Of a stretch of DNA of 64,000 bases, positions 49,959-63,935 are shown one piece after another; the first letter of the stretch is position 1, and each line of letters starts with the position of its first letter. The position numbers and the translations under genes were made by a program. Source of the stretch: Octopus vulgaris (Eukaryota); assembly GCA_951406725.2 (NCBI GenBank), contig OX597815.1:95356001-95420000 (forward strand), given 5' to 3'. The notes beneath the pieces were generated by a model. The model was not told where the DNA came from. It did not search any database and saw only the letters and a list, made by a program, of their open reading frames with translations.

Positions 49959-50872
49959 ATGTTCGTCCTTCGGTTCGAAGCTGACCAAACTGACATCATC
50001 TGATGGAACTGCCGCCATGAGGCCGGAGGTGGCTGGTGAGGCCAATCCGGGAAAGGAAGCACCTCCCACAGGTGGGGCAGTGCTACTGGTGCAGGCGGCT
50101 CTGGCTTTACGCATCTGACGTTTCTGCTCCGCTGACCGAATCCGTCCCTCCTCGGCTGTCCCTGCTCCCACGGTGATTGCGCTGCGCCAGGATGAGCGGT
50201 TGGCAGCAAGTGTCTCCCAGGTCTCTGTTCTGATGGAGAAGTCTTTGTGAGAGACCTTGAGACTATCCTTGTAGCGCTTCTTCTGCCCTCCGACTTTGCG
50301 CCTGCCCTGGCCGAGTTCACCGTAGAAGAGCTGTTTTGGGATGCGAGTGTCGGACATGCGGGAGACGTGGCCCGCCCATCTCAGCTGGGCCTTGCGCATG
50401 ATTGTGATGGTGCTAGGGAGATCTGCCTGCTTCAGAACTTCCGTGTCTGGGACTGTGTCCTGCCAGCGGATGTGAAGGAGGTTCCGAAGACACCTGAGAT
50501 GGAAGTGGTTTATCTGGCGCTCGTGCCTTCGGTAAGCAGTCCACGTCTCGCAGCCGTATAGTAGGGTGGTAAGCACGACTGCCCGGTAGACTTTCAGCTT
50601 GGTGTTGAGGCTGATTCCTCTCCGCTCCCAGACTTTCTTTCGCAGTCTCCCAAACGCGCTGCTTGCCTTGGAGATTCTGTTGATGGTTTCAGCATCTATG
50701 TTGGCATTGCAGGAGAGAGTGCTGCCCAGGTAGGTGAAGTTTTCCACCACTCGTAGGATCCGTCCGTTCACCCTTATCTGAGGCTCATGGTATTGTTTGC
50801 CGGGGGCTGGTTTAAACATCACTTCGGTTTTCTTGGCACTGATGGTGAGACCGAAGTTGTCACAGGCTGATG
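49959..50872 (-). mobile_element. 5'-truncated copy of the RTE/BovB-like LINE
   Basis: Near identical to ~26421-27351 (ORF 49845..50978); perfect 14-bp TSD atatacagataata at 49945-49958 and 50873-50886. Confidence 0.95.
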
Positions 50873-51282
50873 ATATACAGATAATATACTTATCAACCAC
50901 TCCTAAAAGCCAGTTTGATGCAAAATTCTGACCAAAATTCTGACACACACATACACACACACACATACACAAACACACATATACTGGTTTTCGCTTCTAT
51001 TCATTACTCTTTAAATTTTAATCCTATGTCACTCTTCATATGTATGTATATTTTTGTTTTGTGTGCTTTCTAAGTTTTTGAGAATTTGAAGCAAAATGGC
51101 ATAATATCTTAAAAACTGATTGTTGCAGAGATGTAAAAATATGTCTACTACTCATTATTTTCAAATTAAACATATCAAAAACGTGGCTCTTCCACCGCCC
51201 ACATAGCGCCGCCAAGTCTCTTAACGTAGCTTTGCTCCAAAACGCCCCCATTGAGCTCCAGATGACCTCCGTTGATCTAGAC

Positions 51283-52450
51283 GGGCTTTTGCGAACAAAA
51301 GGTTGTTCTAAAACGTCTTGTCAGTGCCCGCAAGAACATCCACAAAAAGCAGGCCATCCATTTGCTCTTCAGCAATTCGAAAGATCCAATGCTGTCCGTT
51401 GTTCAGTCAAAAACTTTGCCTCATTCTCTCTCACATACTCATTGAGATTTTGTATGCTATATGATGTCTCCCTTAAAATGTCCTGGTCTATTCTTTGCTG
51501 TTCTCTTATTGGGTATGGTAAGCCACACTCCTGCAAATTTTCTTCCAAGTAGAAGGACCTTGTCTTCCAGAAGAAGTAAAGCTTCATTCTTGATGCTCTC
51601 TGTCAACAGGGTTTCGAGACCTTGATTTTGCTTCTGCAATCTGTGAACAATGTCTGCACAGGAAGCTTCGTGCTGCTTCTCCCACAGTTGGCGAGGGCGA
51701 GAGATGTCACAAGCTTGAAGTAAAATGCGGAAGAGATTTTGCAACTGAAATGTAGAACATGAAGAAATGCCTCATCTAGAGCTGCATTCCAATGACTAAC
51801 ATCTTCAATGTGGTCATGGAAATGGCAAGTCTGTCTGCAAGTGTCACAGACATGGCCATTAAGAGTCTTCAGATCTAGGAAACACTTTGGACCACGATCT
51901 GTGTGCAAAAGAAGCTTCAAGGAATAATACTCAAAATTGTTGGGATGCACAGTGTAGACACTTCCCAATGCTGAATATCTATTTATTCTTGGATGTCCTT
52001 CAACAGTCTTCCATTATTTTGTGTAATATTGAGGGACTTCGTGGTACAAAAAAGTGGAAGCAAATGGATCTGTTGTACAAAGCTCAAAAAAGAAACAGTC
52101 AATGCTGTTGAACATCAAGTTTCAAGTTGCTTCTGGAGATTGTGGATTGTATGTATTAAAGTAGACCTGCTGGCCATTCTCTAGATGTACAGCTAGATGG
52201 ATAACAGTTGGATGCAGCGCATAGTTAAACAGTTTCAGACTGTTTTATTGCTAAAGTAGCATACCATCTGGTAGCATGTCACCTCATCATTCTTGTCTAC
52301 CTCCTGAAGTCCAAAAACAGCCACATTTTACCCCTTGCTCACATACTTGCACACATACTTGATGGATTTCACAAAGATACAAAACTCCACATTGATGTGT
52401 GCTTTGAAGATCATTGACAGAAGGGGACAATACGGCACAATCCACCTCTT
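51283..52450 (-). pseudogene. Helitron Rep (HUH) C-terminal part, linker and helicase Walker A remnant
   Basis: RWIVPYCPLLSMIFKAHINVEFCIFVKSIKYVCKYVSKG, VYTVHPNNFEYYSLKLLL and LLFVDVLAGTDKTF. Confidence 0.85.
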
Positions 52451-54839
52451 TTGCCGTCTAGTATCTAAAGTTAGTTATCAGCATACAATATTTTTTAACA
52501 TCTGATTTAAAATATAAATAGAAATAGCCAGTGTTAATAAGTTGAGTTGCTCCAAGAATATAACAAATAGTAATGTAAGTTATCAGCATATATTTCTTTT
52601 CAATCCGTATCCAAGAAAAAATACTCACGTCGGATTTTAATGTGAAATATCAAATGTTGATAAGGTGTGTTGTTCAAAAAATATCCAAAATATGTATTGG
52701 AAGTTTATCAAGATATAACATTTTCTAATCGCTATCCAAATAGAAAGAGTCGCATTTAAATATGAAATATCGAATGTATTCTAGCTAATTTCATTAGGTC
52801 CATTCCACGAACACTTATTTGAATTACTCATGTCGATATCTTTAACTTACGTCACGGGAAATTTGTAAAGTTTTTCATATAAATTGAAAGATATCCGACA
52901 GTGTATATTAACTAAAGGACCGAATGAATGAATGAATGATTTATATCAATATAATAAGAGTTTTCACCGGGCGTGCATCCATATGAAGAGCTTCCGTTGT
53001 TTAGAAACCTTACTGTTTCTTTTTCTTCTGAAAATAACGTAAGTTGTGTGCAACATCGAACTTTATGTTTTACATTATAGTAATTCCAGTTCTTCGCGGA
53101 TGCCCCTTGCGAACGCATTGATTGCAGGGGCTTAGCGCCGACCCTGCTGTAGAAAGACTTATAGCTTAGGGTTGCTCTTAGGGTTAGTATTTAGCGAGTA
53201 TGGTGCTATTGTAAATATTTACCTAGTTTTTTTTCGAGTTACAATTATGATTTTCAGCAAACAACCTTTGTGTGAACGATTTGGGGTTAATGCGCACGCG
53301 ACAACACCGTAGACTGAAATCTTGTTTCAGAAAAGTACTTCTGACACACCTTGCTATCAATTCATTGGATTAATACCAACAAAATACAATTTAGTCACTG
53401 TCTCAGCACCTATGTTTGTGCTCTTCATTCTAAAATAATAAAAACTTTAATATACTTCTAAAATGAGACTTCGTCCACGTGTATCCAAGTGCGTATATGT
53501 GCAGGTGTCTATGTATGTGTGTTGGTGGGGAGTAGTGCGCACGAAAATCATTTACAGAAATGTAAACATAAAAATTCTATTAAAAGAAGTTATCTTTATA
53601 TGCCATGTTTGCAATTCTCCATATAAATGATAGCAAAGTATGTGTCAAATCAAATTGAAATCTTGGTTCAGTGACAGATCGATCAAGTTAGTAAAGTTTT
53701 AACATATTTGGTAAAAACATATTCTCTCTTCTAATTATATATTGAAAAGGAGAGAAAATGCCACCCTCTCTTTTGCAAGAGAAATTAATTTTGGCGGTAA
53801 TTCACAATTAAAGAGCGTTTATCTTTACTTAAGAAAAGGTGGGATTGTATGAAGCATGACGGAGAATTATTCAATATCGTATTGGGTTCTATCAGAATCA
53901 TTTACCGTTAAAGCGAAAAAACAAAACCCTCGTACAGAACAGGCATGTAAAACATTTCTGTTTACTTTCTCTCTTCATTGGCATCAGCAGCTGCATAAAT
54001 TGTTGAGCGCACACACGCAAACACTTTCCTGGCATTTTGCTGTTATTTTTAGCAGTTCATTTTCAGTTGTTGACAACGCGATGGGGTGGCTTGTGTGTGT
54101 GGAACAATTTCGGGGTTCTCCATAGAAAATTTGAAACTAAAATATTTTCCATATTCTTAATCTCAGTATATTCCCATGGAGATTGAAAAAAAAGTTGAAA
54201 AAGTTGAAAATTTAAAATTTGCAGCAAAGGTGAATTTAAAATTTTGAAAACATGTTTTTTTTTTTGCATATTTGGAATCTCCGTGGTCGAAAACATAAGA
54301 TTCCGCTGAAAGAAAAATCGATAGGGTCGTATGGGGGCGGGGGCTACAGCCCCCTGGATGGGCAAGGCCAAACGTTTACGACCCTAGAACCTTCCCCGAG
54401 TAATGAAAAGCCTTCATGCCAAATTTGGTACAGCTTGATCCAGCGGTCTGGTTGTGCATAAAGGACACACACACACACGCACGCACAAACAGTGAATTTT
54501 ATAGGTATAGATATATTCATAGACGTGTACACACAGCTGCTGTTTTGACGGAAAAAGTTTGCTTTCTAGCTATATGGCTCCGGTTCATTCCAGCTTTGTG
54601 GTACCTTGGGCGAGTGTTTTCTGCTACAGCTCGAGGCTATAGCAGAAATTTTGCCAGTGGATTTGGGAGACGGGAATTGTTTGTCATAACAGCTATTTCA
54701 TATTAATCTGAGACGTTACTCTTTACTTTGTAGAGTACAAATTGATTCTTAAACAAAAATATCGTTGAAGATCCAGCAAGTTAAGATGTGCGCGCGTATT
54801 TGTGTGTGTCTGTGTATATTTTTTTGTATCTGTATGCGT

Positions 54840-55055
54840 GTGTGTATCTTACTGCCTATGTTTGTACTCCACAGCCGCTTAGCAACAGGTGTTCGTGTGT
54901 TTACGCTCCCTTAGCTTAAAGTTTCAATCAAAGTAACCGAATGAATAAATAGCAGGCTTTAAAATGTAAGTACTTCATCAATTCGTGCGGCAACAATTCT
55001 TAAGGCGCCGCCCTAGCGTAGCTGCTATCTAATAACTGAAAAAAGTAAAGGATAT
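54840..55055 (+). mobile_element. Degraded SINE 3' half
   Basis: Resembles the abundant cephalopod SINE body/tail (ccgcttagcaacaggtgtt...ctgaaaaaagtaaaggata) as recalled; not database-verified. Confidence 0.5.
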
Positions 55056-55517
55056 AAGATTAAAGGTTGATTCAGAAATCAGAGTGGTTTCCTCAATAAG
55101 CACTCCTACAGATACCAGATTACATAGTGCATAGGATTGGGCAGTTTGTTCAAAGAAACCATTTCATACAAACGTCAATTGCAGGACATTATTCCTTGAA
55201 GATCATACAAAATGTAACACAATTCAAAGATAGCGATATATTTATTCCTACATTACGATCGTTTCAGCAACGCATAGTTTAGATATATTATGAATACAAA
55301 TGTTTGTGTAATGTTCGAGCATATTGAATCTTATTTGTGTTCATCTCGTCAAAATTGAAAAAAAGCAACTCCTCTCTTCAAATGAGACGAAATGGACGAC
55401 AAATAATAAGGTATCATGTTACACGAACTTTTATATTGATGATACATCTGAAACGTTTATAGTTGAAACGATCTCAAGGGTGGAATAAAGGTAATGCCGC
55501 AACCTCTATTCTGTGTT

Positions 55518-55771
<254 letters not shown>

Positions 55772-56091
55772 GCTGTCTGTCTGTCTGCCTCTCAAACAGA
55801 GAAATCAAAGTTATTCAGTTGATGGAAACTTTTGATGAACGTAGATAATATAAATAAATTAATGTATCTGCTCTTTAAAGTTTCTGTCATATTAGAGCTC
55901 CCCAGTGAAACATATTCTATTTGGAAACATTACAATATATCAATATCAAGAGGGAAAGAGAAGTGAGCTTGTGTTGGTCAATATGAAAATGAAAATGTAA
56001 TATTTCCTTATTTAACTCATTCTATTACATGTGACCTAGTACCATATTTGCATTTGTATTTGATATATACATCAGATATTTCCATTTTCGT

Positions 56092-56330
<239 letters not shown>

Positions 56331-59300
56331 ACTTTTTTTTTCTTCTTTCAAATTTGCTTCCATTTCTTGCCGAGTGTCTTCCCGACTCCTAGGGCAAAGA
56401 AACTCATAGTGTATATTGGTAGGCCATTAAACCAAACTCAGTAGTTCGTTAATTTTTTTTTTTTTTTTAAGTTAAATTAAAATACATGAGCAGCAACAGT
56501 TCTCACATCGACAATGCTCTTCTCAATACGTGTGATGTACCAGTTAAGACAATATTTTGCACTTCTTGCAGGGATGGTAAGCCAGGGATCATTCTCATAT
56601 AATTTTCGGTTCCCTTCTTGATCATTCCTAGTGCTCCTACGATCACTGGTATTGTAACCGCCTTGAGATGCCACATTTTCTTAATTTCAATGAGTAGGTC
56701 TTTATATTTTCTGAGCTTGTCAAACTCTTTCGCTGAGATATTATGATCACAGGGGATGCTCATGTCGATCAATAAGCAAGCTTTATTGTTTTGGTCTTTC
56801 ACAACAATATCTGGTTTATTGGCCTTCATGGCTCGGTCTGTATGTACTGGAAAGTCTCACAGAATGGTTACATTTTCTCCTTCAGTTACAGCCTCAGGGT
56901 GGTGATTATACCACTTGTCGGCAGTTTTGATATTGTAATGCCGACTTATTAGCCAGTGGAGATATTGGCCAACTCTGTCATGTCTTAACTTATACTCCAC
57001 TGGTGCTAAGACTTTACATCCAGAGATTAGGTGGTCCACTGTTTCAATCATGTCGTTGCAGAATCGGCATTTTGGGTCTGCTCCATTTTTCATCACATTG
57101 GCCTGGTAATTCCGGGTTAATAGGCTTTGGTCTTGAGCAGCCAGGATAAAACCTTCGCTCTCTGCTTTTAGCCCTGAGCTCCGTAGCCACTGATGGGTTT
57201 GCTTCTGGTCAACATCAGCTTGTTTGCAGCGGATCACATATTTGCCGTGCAGAGGTTTCTCCTCCCACCTATCAGCCAATTGCTCGTGCGCTTTTTTCAT
57301 TGCCATCATTTTCACCTTCTTTGCAACAATAGTTGCCGTACTTCCCTCGGGTTGTTCAGTTTGGGTATCCTACACGAGATCAATAGCACATTTTTTGCTT
57401 TCCTTGATGATAGAATGAAGCTTCTTTCGTCTCTCGTGATTTTCCACGAGCTTTAGCATCCAGTCATTCGATATTTCGAGATATTTGGCCAGTCCAATTG
57501 TGGTTGTTTTGTAAGCTAGTTCAAATTGTATCAGGCCTCGACCTCCTTGGGCTCTGGGAAGGTAAAGACGATCTACGTCTGCCTTTGGGTGGTGCATCCT
57601 ATTACAACTCAGCAGTTTGCGTATTTTTCTATCTATATTCTTTACTTCACTCATATTCCAGTTCAACACATTGTAGCTATAAGTAACAACTGGAACTGCT
57701 AAGGAATTTATAGCTAACACCTTGTTACGTCCATTTAGTTCAGATTTCAGGACTGCACGAACTCTCCTATAACATTCCTTCCTGATTTTATCTTTCATGC
57801 TTGCATGCTGAATACCAGAGCCTTCATTTATCCCTAAATATTTGTATGTTTGTTCTTGCTCAAGCTCTCTTATGACTGTGTCAACATCTAACACGACTGA
57901 ATTTGTGGTCTTCACTTTCCCTTTGTGGAAAGTGGCCTTGGCACACTTCTCAAGTCCAAACTCCATCCGATGTCATCGCTGAATGCTTTCAAGGTGCGCA
58001 ATAGGCCTTCAAGTTCATTATTGTCTTTACCATAAAGTTTTAAGTCATCCATATAAAATAGATGGCTTATTCTTTTATTGGCAATTTTATACCCATACCC
58101 TGTTCTGTTTAATTCACTTGTAAGGGGTATTAGGGCTATGCAGAATATTAAAGGTGAAAGTGAGTCACCTTGAAAAATTCCACAGTTGATGTTTATATTT
58201 TCTGAGGCAAGTACTCCATTAGAGTGGTATAATTGGAGATTCGTATTCCACAACGACATATTGTGCTTCAGGAAGTTTGAAATCACAGGGGAAATTTTGA
58301 AGATGTCCAGCGATAGTCAATCCATGCGGTGCTGAGATTTCTGCGCTTGTTGTGACAGTTCTCAAGGATCATACGATTGATTAGCAGTTGATCTTTGCAT
58401 CCGTAAGAGCCTCGGTGGCACCCTTTTTGTTCAATGGGGAAAATATCGTTCTTCTCCATTAATGCATATGTTTTCTCCGCCAGGTTAGATGTTAGGTTTT
58501 TATACGTGGTGGATAGACAGGTTATAGGCCGATAGTTTTTGGAAGGTTGGTTTCGTTATTCTTTGGGAGTAGGTAAGTAATGCCACTTGCTAACCATTCA
58601 GGTGTTTTCTTTGGGTTTCTCATAATTCCATTGAGCAGCTGAACTAGCTTACCGTGTGCGCATGGGAGCGATGCGAGCCAGAAATTCGGCACCCTATCTT
58701 TACCGGGGGATTTCCAATTATGGGCCTTCGTGAGTGCCTTTCTTAGGTCTACTATTGTGATGTCTTCCCATGCGTGTTGTTGTAAATTTTGGTAGGATCC
58801 TTCAGTTTGTATAATCCAGTCTGCATTTATGTTGTACGTCTTCTTGTCACTCCAAATCCTTTTCCAAAAGTTTTGAACTTCTTCCATGGGAGGGGGTCTT
58901 TAACGGTTACTTTCTCCTTCCCTATTTCTCTGTAGAATTTTTTGGCATTGGATGTGAACAGCTTATTTTGCTTGTAAAACTTGTTTCTCTTCTCAAATCT
59001 TCGTATTCTTTGGGCTTTTGCTTGGACTTTTTGTTTCAGCGTTTCTTTTATTGATATCAGTTCTTCTCTTGGTGAGGATCCAAAGTTTCTCTTCATCTTT
59101 CTTCCTGTTCTGGATCTTACATCATTTCCACATATTAGTTCATTTAATATTGATATTTCCCCTCTCATAAATTCAATCTCTTTTTCAATTTTACTTCTCC
59201 AGGTTTGACTTCTTCCCAGGTTTTGTTTTATTTGTTTTTTCGGGGGAATACAGCTGGTTTCAATTGCCCTAGCAGAAGCGTAAATAATTTCATTTAACTC

Positions 59301-60258
59301 AGTAAAATCAGGTTTTAATTCTCGTATTATTTCATTTGTTACATAGTTGCCAATTTGGATTTGTTTTTTATTTTGGTTTGTATTTGAGAGTTTATGAAGT
59401 GGTTCTCTATCATTCATACTTGTATGTCTTACAACTTCAAGCGTATTCAGGATTTTCTGCCTCATTTCTGCCATAGACTCTCTGTGTTCTTCAGCAAATG
59501 CGAGATCTTCAGTTACTGTTGTTTTTTCGTTTTCCTGGCTATCTTTAACAGGTACAGTAGAATTTCTTGTATCTTCAGGCCTTTGCGTACTTTGGTCAGA
59601 TGGCAGTCTTTCAATTAAGCCTCGTGGCGGGCTATTCTGTTCATCTGATTCTTCATTTCCTTTGTGTCTTATATTTATGTCATTTTCCGTTGCGTGCCTG
59701 ATCACGCTTATTTCACTGTCTGTGAGTCTGCTATTTCTAAGGATATCCCTCCTCACATTTGCTAATTTGTTCTCGTCCAAATAGGGCCTACTGTCTTGAT
59801 TCCGTGTTCTCCATATACTGTAAGAGTTTGCGGTGTGTCTCTCTTGAGATGGCCTACCTAATGCATAGTAATAAGCGTATATTACTTCTTTATACTCTTC
59901 TCGGGTCCATTTGTTCCGCTTACATTTTTCTTTCTGTGGTGGTTGTGGTGGTGAACTTGGAGGGCTCGAGTTGGGGGATTTCCCGTTCAAGTGACCATCC
60001 ATGTCCGTATTCGGAAAACAGTTTGTGCCAGTTGATGACTTTTCGATCCCAGGCTGGCTCTTCCCTGGGGGACGCGCTTCCAGATTAACCATAGGACAAG
60101 CGATTTGGTATACTGATTTAGTTTTCCTTTTAGTTTCCAAAAACATTTTGGTGCTACGATAATGTTATCATTTTTTTAGCTTTGATTGGCTCGTGGGGAG
60201 ACGGCCATCATTGCCGTTACAATTATAATCGTACCATTATAGCAGCTGTAGTCGGCTT
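56331..60258 (-). mobile_element. R4/Dong-like RT-REL LINE, family B, full length but multiply frameshifted
   Basis: ORF pieces 58827..60146 (KWTREEYKE), 58522..58887 (KSPGKD), 57912..58286 (GIFQGDSLSP, YMDD), 57370..57966, 56857..57315 (CRFC...DHLISGC) and 56503..56829 (NKPDIVV, LLIDMS); TAA at both ends. Confidence 0.92.
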
Positions 60259-60727
60259 ATTATTGTTATTATCATCACCATTACCATCACTATCATCATT
60301 ATCACCACCATTACCATCATCATTATCATCATCACCATCACCATCACCACCATCATCATCAATGATATTGTTTTATGTGTAGTCACAGCAGTATCTTATT
60401 ATTGTTATTTTTGTTTTTTTATCATTATCACCATCACAGTAGTGTCTGTCTGTCTCGTTGGCTGGCTTGGTGGTTGGCTGGCTGACTGTCTTCAACGCCA
60501 GAGTTCTTGCCTGTCAAATAATACTTTCTTTGTGTTGGTTGAACTCTTTGAGTGTGTGTGTGTGTGTAGATAGATATATAGATTATCAGCACTATTGCTA
60601 TCATTATTATCATCATCACCATCATCACCATCACCATCAGTGATATTTTTTTTCCCCTTTAGGTGGGGTCCTATCGGTCAAAAAAAGGTTGAGATGTTTA
60701 CTACTATTAGGCTTAAGAAAAATTAAG

Positions 60728-61636
60728 GAAGGGCTGTTCTGTATTGTTTGTGAATAGAGAAGTTGTGTTCGACCAGAGAGAATCTTAGGAACATCATTTT
60801 TTTTTTCCATGTGCGTTTGTGTTATTGCAATAAAAAGTGTTTGTATATTTCCTGTAAGGTAATATTGTGGAGGTTGAAGTTGACTTTTCTAGAGATGTTT
60901 GTATGTCCAGTTAGAAGAACAGGTGTGTTTTTACAATAAAATTTATATGTTTACATTTATATTTGAATATTCAGGGAGGAAGTAAAGAAAAGTCAGATTT
61001 TCATAGAAAGTTTTAGGGTTTTGTAAGTCCACAAAAAGAAAAGCGTGATGTTTTTAGAGAGAAGAAGGAAAAAGAAAAAAAAAGGATGTTTACAGAGGCA
61101 ATTGTGGGTATCAAAGTTTTTAAAGCTGGTCGAATGTATGATTGAAAACTGTAGATATGTAAATTTGTAAATTTTCTTAACTTATTTTGAAGGGCTGTTC
61201 TGTATTATTTGTGAATAGAGAAGCTGTGTTCGACCAGAGAGAATCTTAGCATCATTATTTTTTCCATGTGCGTTTGTGTTATTGCAATAAAAAGTGTTTG
61301 TATATTTCGTGCAAGGTAATATTGTGGAGGTTGAAGTTGACCCCTCTATAGATGTTTGTATGTCCAGTTAGAAGAACAGGTGTGTTTTGCAATAAAGAGT
61401 ATATGTTTACATTTATATTTGAATATTCTGGGAGGAAGCAAAGAAAAGTCAGATTTTCATAGAAAGTTTTAGGGTTTTGCAAGTCCACAAAAAGAAAAGC
61501 GTGATGTTTTTAGAGAGAAGAAAAAAAAGGGTGCTTACAGAGGCAGTTGTGGGTATTAAAGTTTTTAAAGCCGATCGGATGTATGTTTGAAAGCTGCAGA
61601 TATGTAAATTTGTAAATTTCTTAACCCACTTTGAAG
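60728..61636. repeat. Diverged tandem duplication, period ~461 bp
   Basis: gaagggctgttctgtatt starts at 60728 and 61189; the units are colinear with many substitutions. Confidence 0.9.
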
Positions 61637-61793
61637 AGAATTTCAAATACTCACGAGGTATTGTAGATGTTCCAGTCTTTGAGAGTTATTTTTCCCCGTT
61701 GCTAAACTGGCCCATATTAGTGTTTCTATGGCTTTCAGCCACCGAACTGTCAGAGCAGTGAGGAACACGTCCAGCCGCTGTCAAGGCTGGCGC

Positions 61794-61794
<1 letters not shown>

Positions 61795-61863
<69 letters not shown>

Positions 61864-61864
61864 G

Positions 61865-61950
<86 letters not shown>
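61795..61950. repeat. (TTA)n array
   Basis: Direct reading. Confidence 0.95.
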
Positions 61951-61951
<1 letters not shown>

Positions 61952-61952
<1 letters not shown>

Positions 61953-62166
61953 AGGCGGTGAGCTTGCAGAATCGCTAGAACGCTGGGCAAAATGCGTAGT
62001 CGTATTTCGTCCGCCTTTACGTTCTGAGATCAAATTCCACCGAGGTCGACTTTGCCTTTCATTCTTCCACTTTGGATGAAATAAGTACCCATTGCGTACT
62101 GGAATCGATATGATCGATTAGCCCCTTCTCTAGAATTTCCTGCCTTGTGACTATTGTAGGAAGGAT
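61952..62166 (+). mobile_element. tRNA-derived CORE-type SINE
   Basis: A-box-like gagcttgcagaatcg, B-box-like gagatcaaattcc, CORE-like gtcgactttgcctttcat...aaataagtacc, then a simple-repeat tail. Confidence 0.75.
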
Positions 62167-62485
62167 TCTTCTTCTTCTTCTTCTTCTTCTTCTTCTTCTT
62201 CTTCTTCTTCTTCTTCTTCTTCTTCTCCTCCTCCTCCTTCTTCTTCTTCTTCTTCTTCTTCTTCTTCTTCTCCTTCTTCTTCTTCTTCTTCATCTTCTTC
62301 TTCTCCTTCTTCTTCTTCTTCTTCTTCTTCTTCTTCTTCTTCTCCTTCTCCGTCTTCTTCTTCTTCTTCTTCTTCTTCTTCTTCTTCTTCTTCTCTTTCT
62401 CCTTCTCCGTCTTCTTCTTCTTCTTCTTCTTCTTCTTCTTCTTCTCCTTCTTCTTCTTCTTCTTCTTCTTTTTCTTCTTCTTATT

Positions 62486-62516
<31 letters not shown>
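62167..62516. repeat. (CTT)n array at the SINE 3' end
   Basis: Direct reading. Confidence 0.95.
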
Positions 62517-62518
<2 letters not shown>

Positions 62519-63813
62519 ATTATACACACATGCGCTTTCATATACGCACAGGCTTGTCTGAATGCTCAACAACACTTATGAATGATAAGTGCAGGGCTTT
62601 ATCATTATGACATGCAGCATCTTTGCAAGTTTCTTCTACTATTGCCATAGTAAACATCTGCAGCCTGAATGAAGTTTGGTAGCATACAATTTGTGGCATC
62701 GTATTGCACGGGCTGTAACCCAAAGGGTTAACTTTCTTCATGAAACTCGCTTATTTACATAAAAATATTATGTTGACTTTCACTCAAGCATTTTCACCTC
62801 AATATGTAGGAGTTGTACACTCATATCTTTATCGTTTGCTTCAGCTACAAGCAATTCCGTGAAAGAAAATCAACAATCTTAATTAAAATATCATCTGTCA
62901 GTTCCAAATCAAATAATTCATAGACTGGGGAATTAATGTCTTAAAAATTAATATAATTTTCTTTTACAAGATGAATAACACCTCGAATCCATTGTAACGT
63001 GTTACCAATTAGATTTAAGCAGGAACCAGCCAGGCAGCTTGTACATAGCCTAATAACATCATTGGACTAGATGAGTATCCAACTACTATTCACATCTTAT
63101 AATCAAAATGTATGATATATTGCATAATATATCCCGGAATACATTGTGTTATTGTTTGTCTTCAGGTGGGATGTGTTTGGATACACTGCTTACAGAAATG
63201 CAATTCAATACTTACTATTGAAAAACTTACATATCTTGCAATAGCATTATTTTTCTTGAGTAACCTATTAGAGCAATACCATATAATACCATTTAAAAAA
63301 TAACCTTGCATTGTCAAATAATTTATTGAACATTATCTTATAATCATACTATAGTCTGCCTCATGTCTGCATGATTTCTAAGTGCCATTTTTACGATAAA
63401 ATCTGAAATATATTACAACTTGTACGAAAATAGGATTGATTTTTGAAATTATGGAATGAACTTTTCGTTCGGTAGGTATTGTGTATTGAGAAACTATTTA
63501 ATTTAATAGTTTTCCTTGTAATAAATAGTGCTTTGCTGGACGTTATCTGATGTCTAAATCTTATTTCGATAATTTAGCTGTTACTTCTTCGTAAATGTGT
63601 ACATAAAGCTATTTATACCCAAATAATCCTATCCCGGTAAATATAAATATAAATACGCTGCATATATTACGATATTCCACATTCAAAACTCTCCATGTTT
63701 GGTGTTTATATTATAAAACTTTGGCTTCCGAGTTAATTTTAGCTTATAATAGTTATATGAACACTTGCACCAACATATCAAATAATAACATTAGTCTTTT
63801 CTAATCATTCAAA

Positions 63814-63887
63814 CACAGACACACAGACACACAGACACACACATACATACATACATACATACATACATACATACATACATACATACA

Positions 63888-63934
<47 letters not shown>
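63814..63934. repeat. (ACACAGAC)n/(ACAT)n/(AT)n compound microsatellite
   Basis: Direct reading. Confidence 0.95.

Positions 63935-63935
<1 letters not shown>

Larger units (their letters stand above)
46442..51274. mobile_element. ~4.8-kb insertion (hAT-like) splitting the Helitron helicase
   Basis: Direct repeat ATCTAGAC at 46434-46441 and 51275-51282; the helicase reading joins across it. The 8-bp NTCTAGAN TSD and a gttctcaa left end suggest hAT/Charlie; TIRs are degraded. Confidence 0.65.
45070..54511 (-). mobile_element. Helitron, both termini present, decayed and interrupted
   Basis: Minus strand starts A|TC (tctatacctataaaa, 54511) and ends with hairpin ccgagcaacgccggg plus CTAG|T (45070); Rep then PIF1 helicase remnants lie in the correct order. 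Confidence 0.8.

Noticed and set aside
49845-50978. 377-aa ORF as a stand-alone gene
   Set aside because: It is the truncated RTE copy extended by flanking sequence; the TSD shows a recent insertion.
60170-60260. Possible HDV-like ribozyme at the 5' end of the family-B Dong-like element (cgt-ctcccc-acg...gctaa on the minus strand)
   Set aside because: I could not find consistent P1 and P2 pairings by eye; needs a descriptor search.
62538-63303. Non-repetitive short ORFs 62538..62741 and 63112..63303, and an acceptor-like ttgtcttcag at ~63166
   Set aside because: No recognisable homology or clear donor site.
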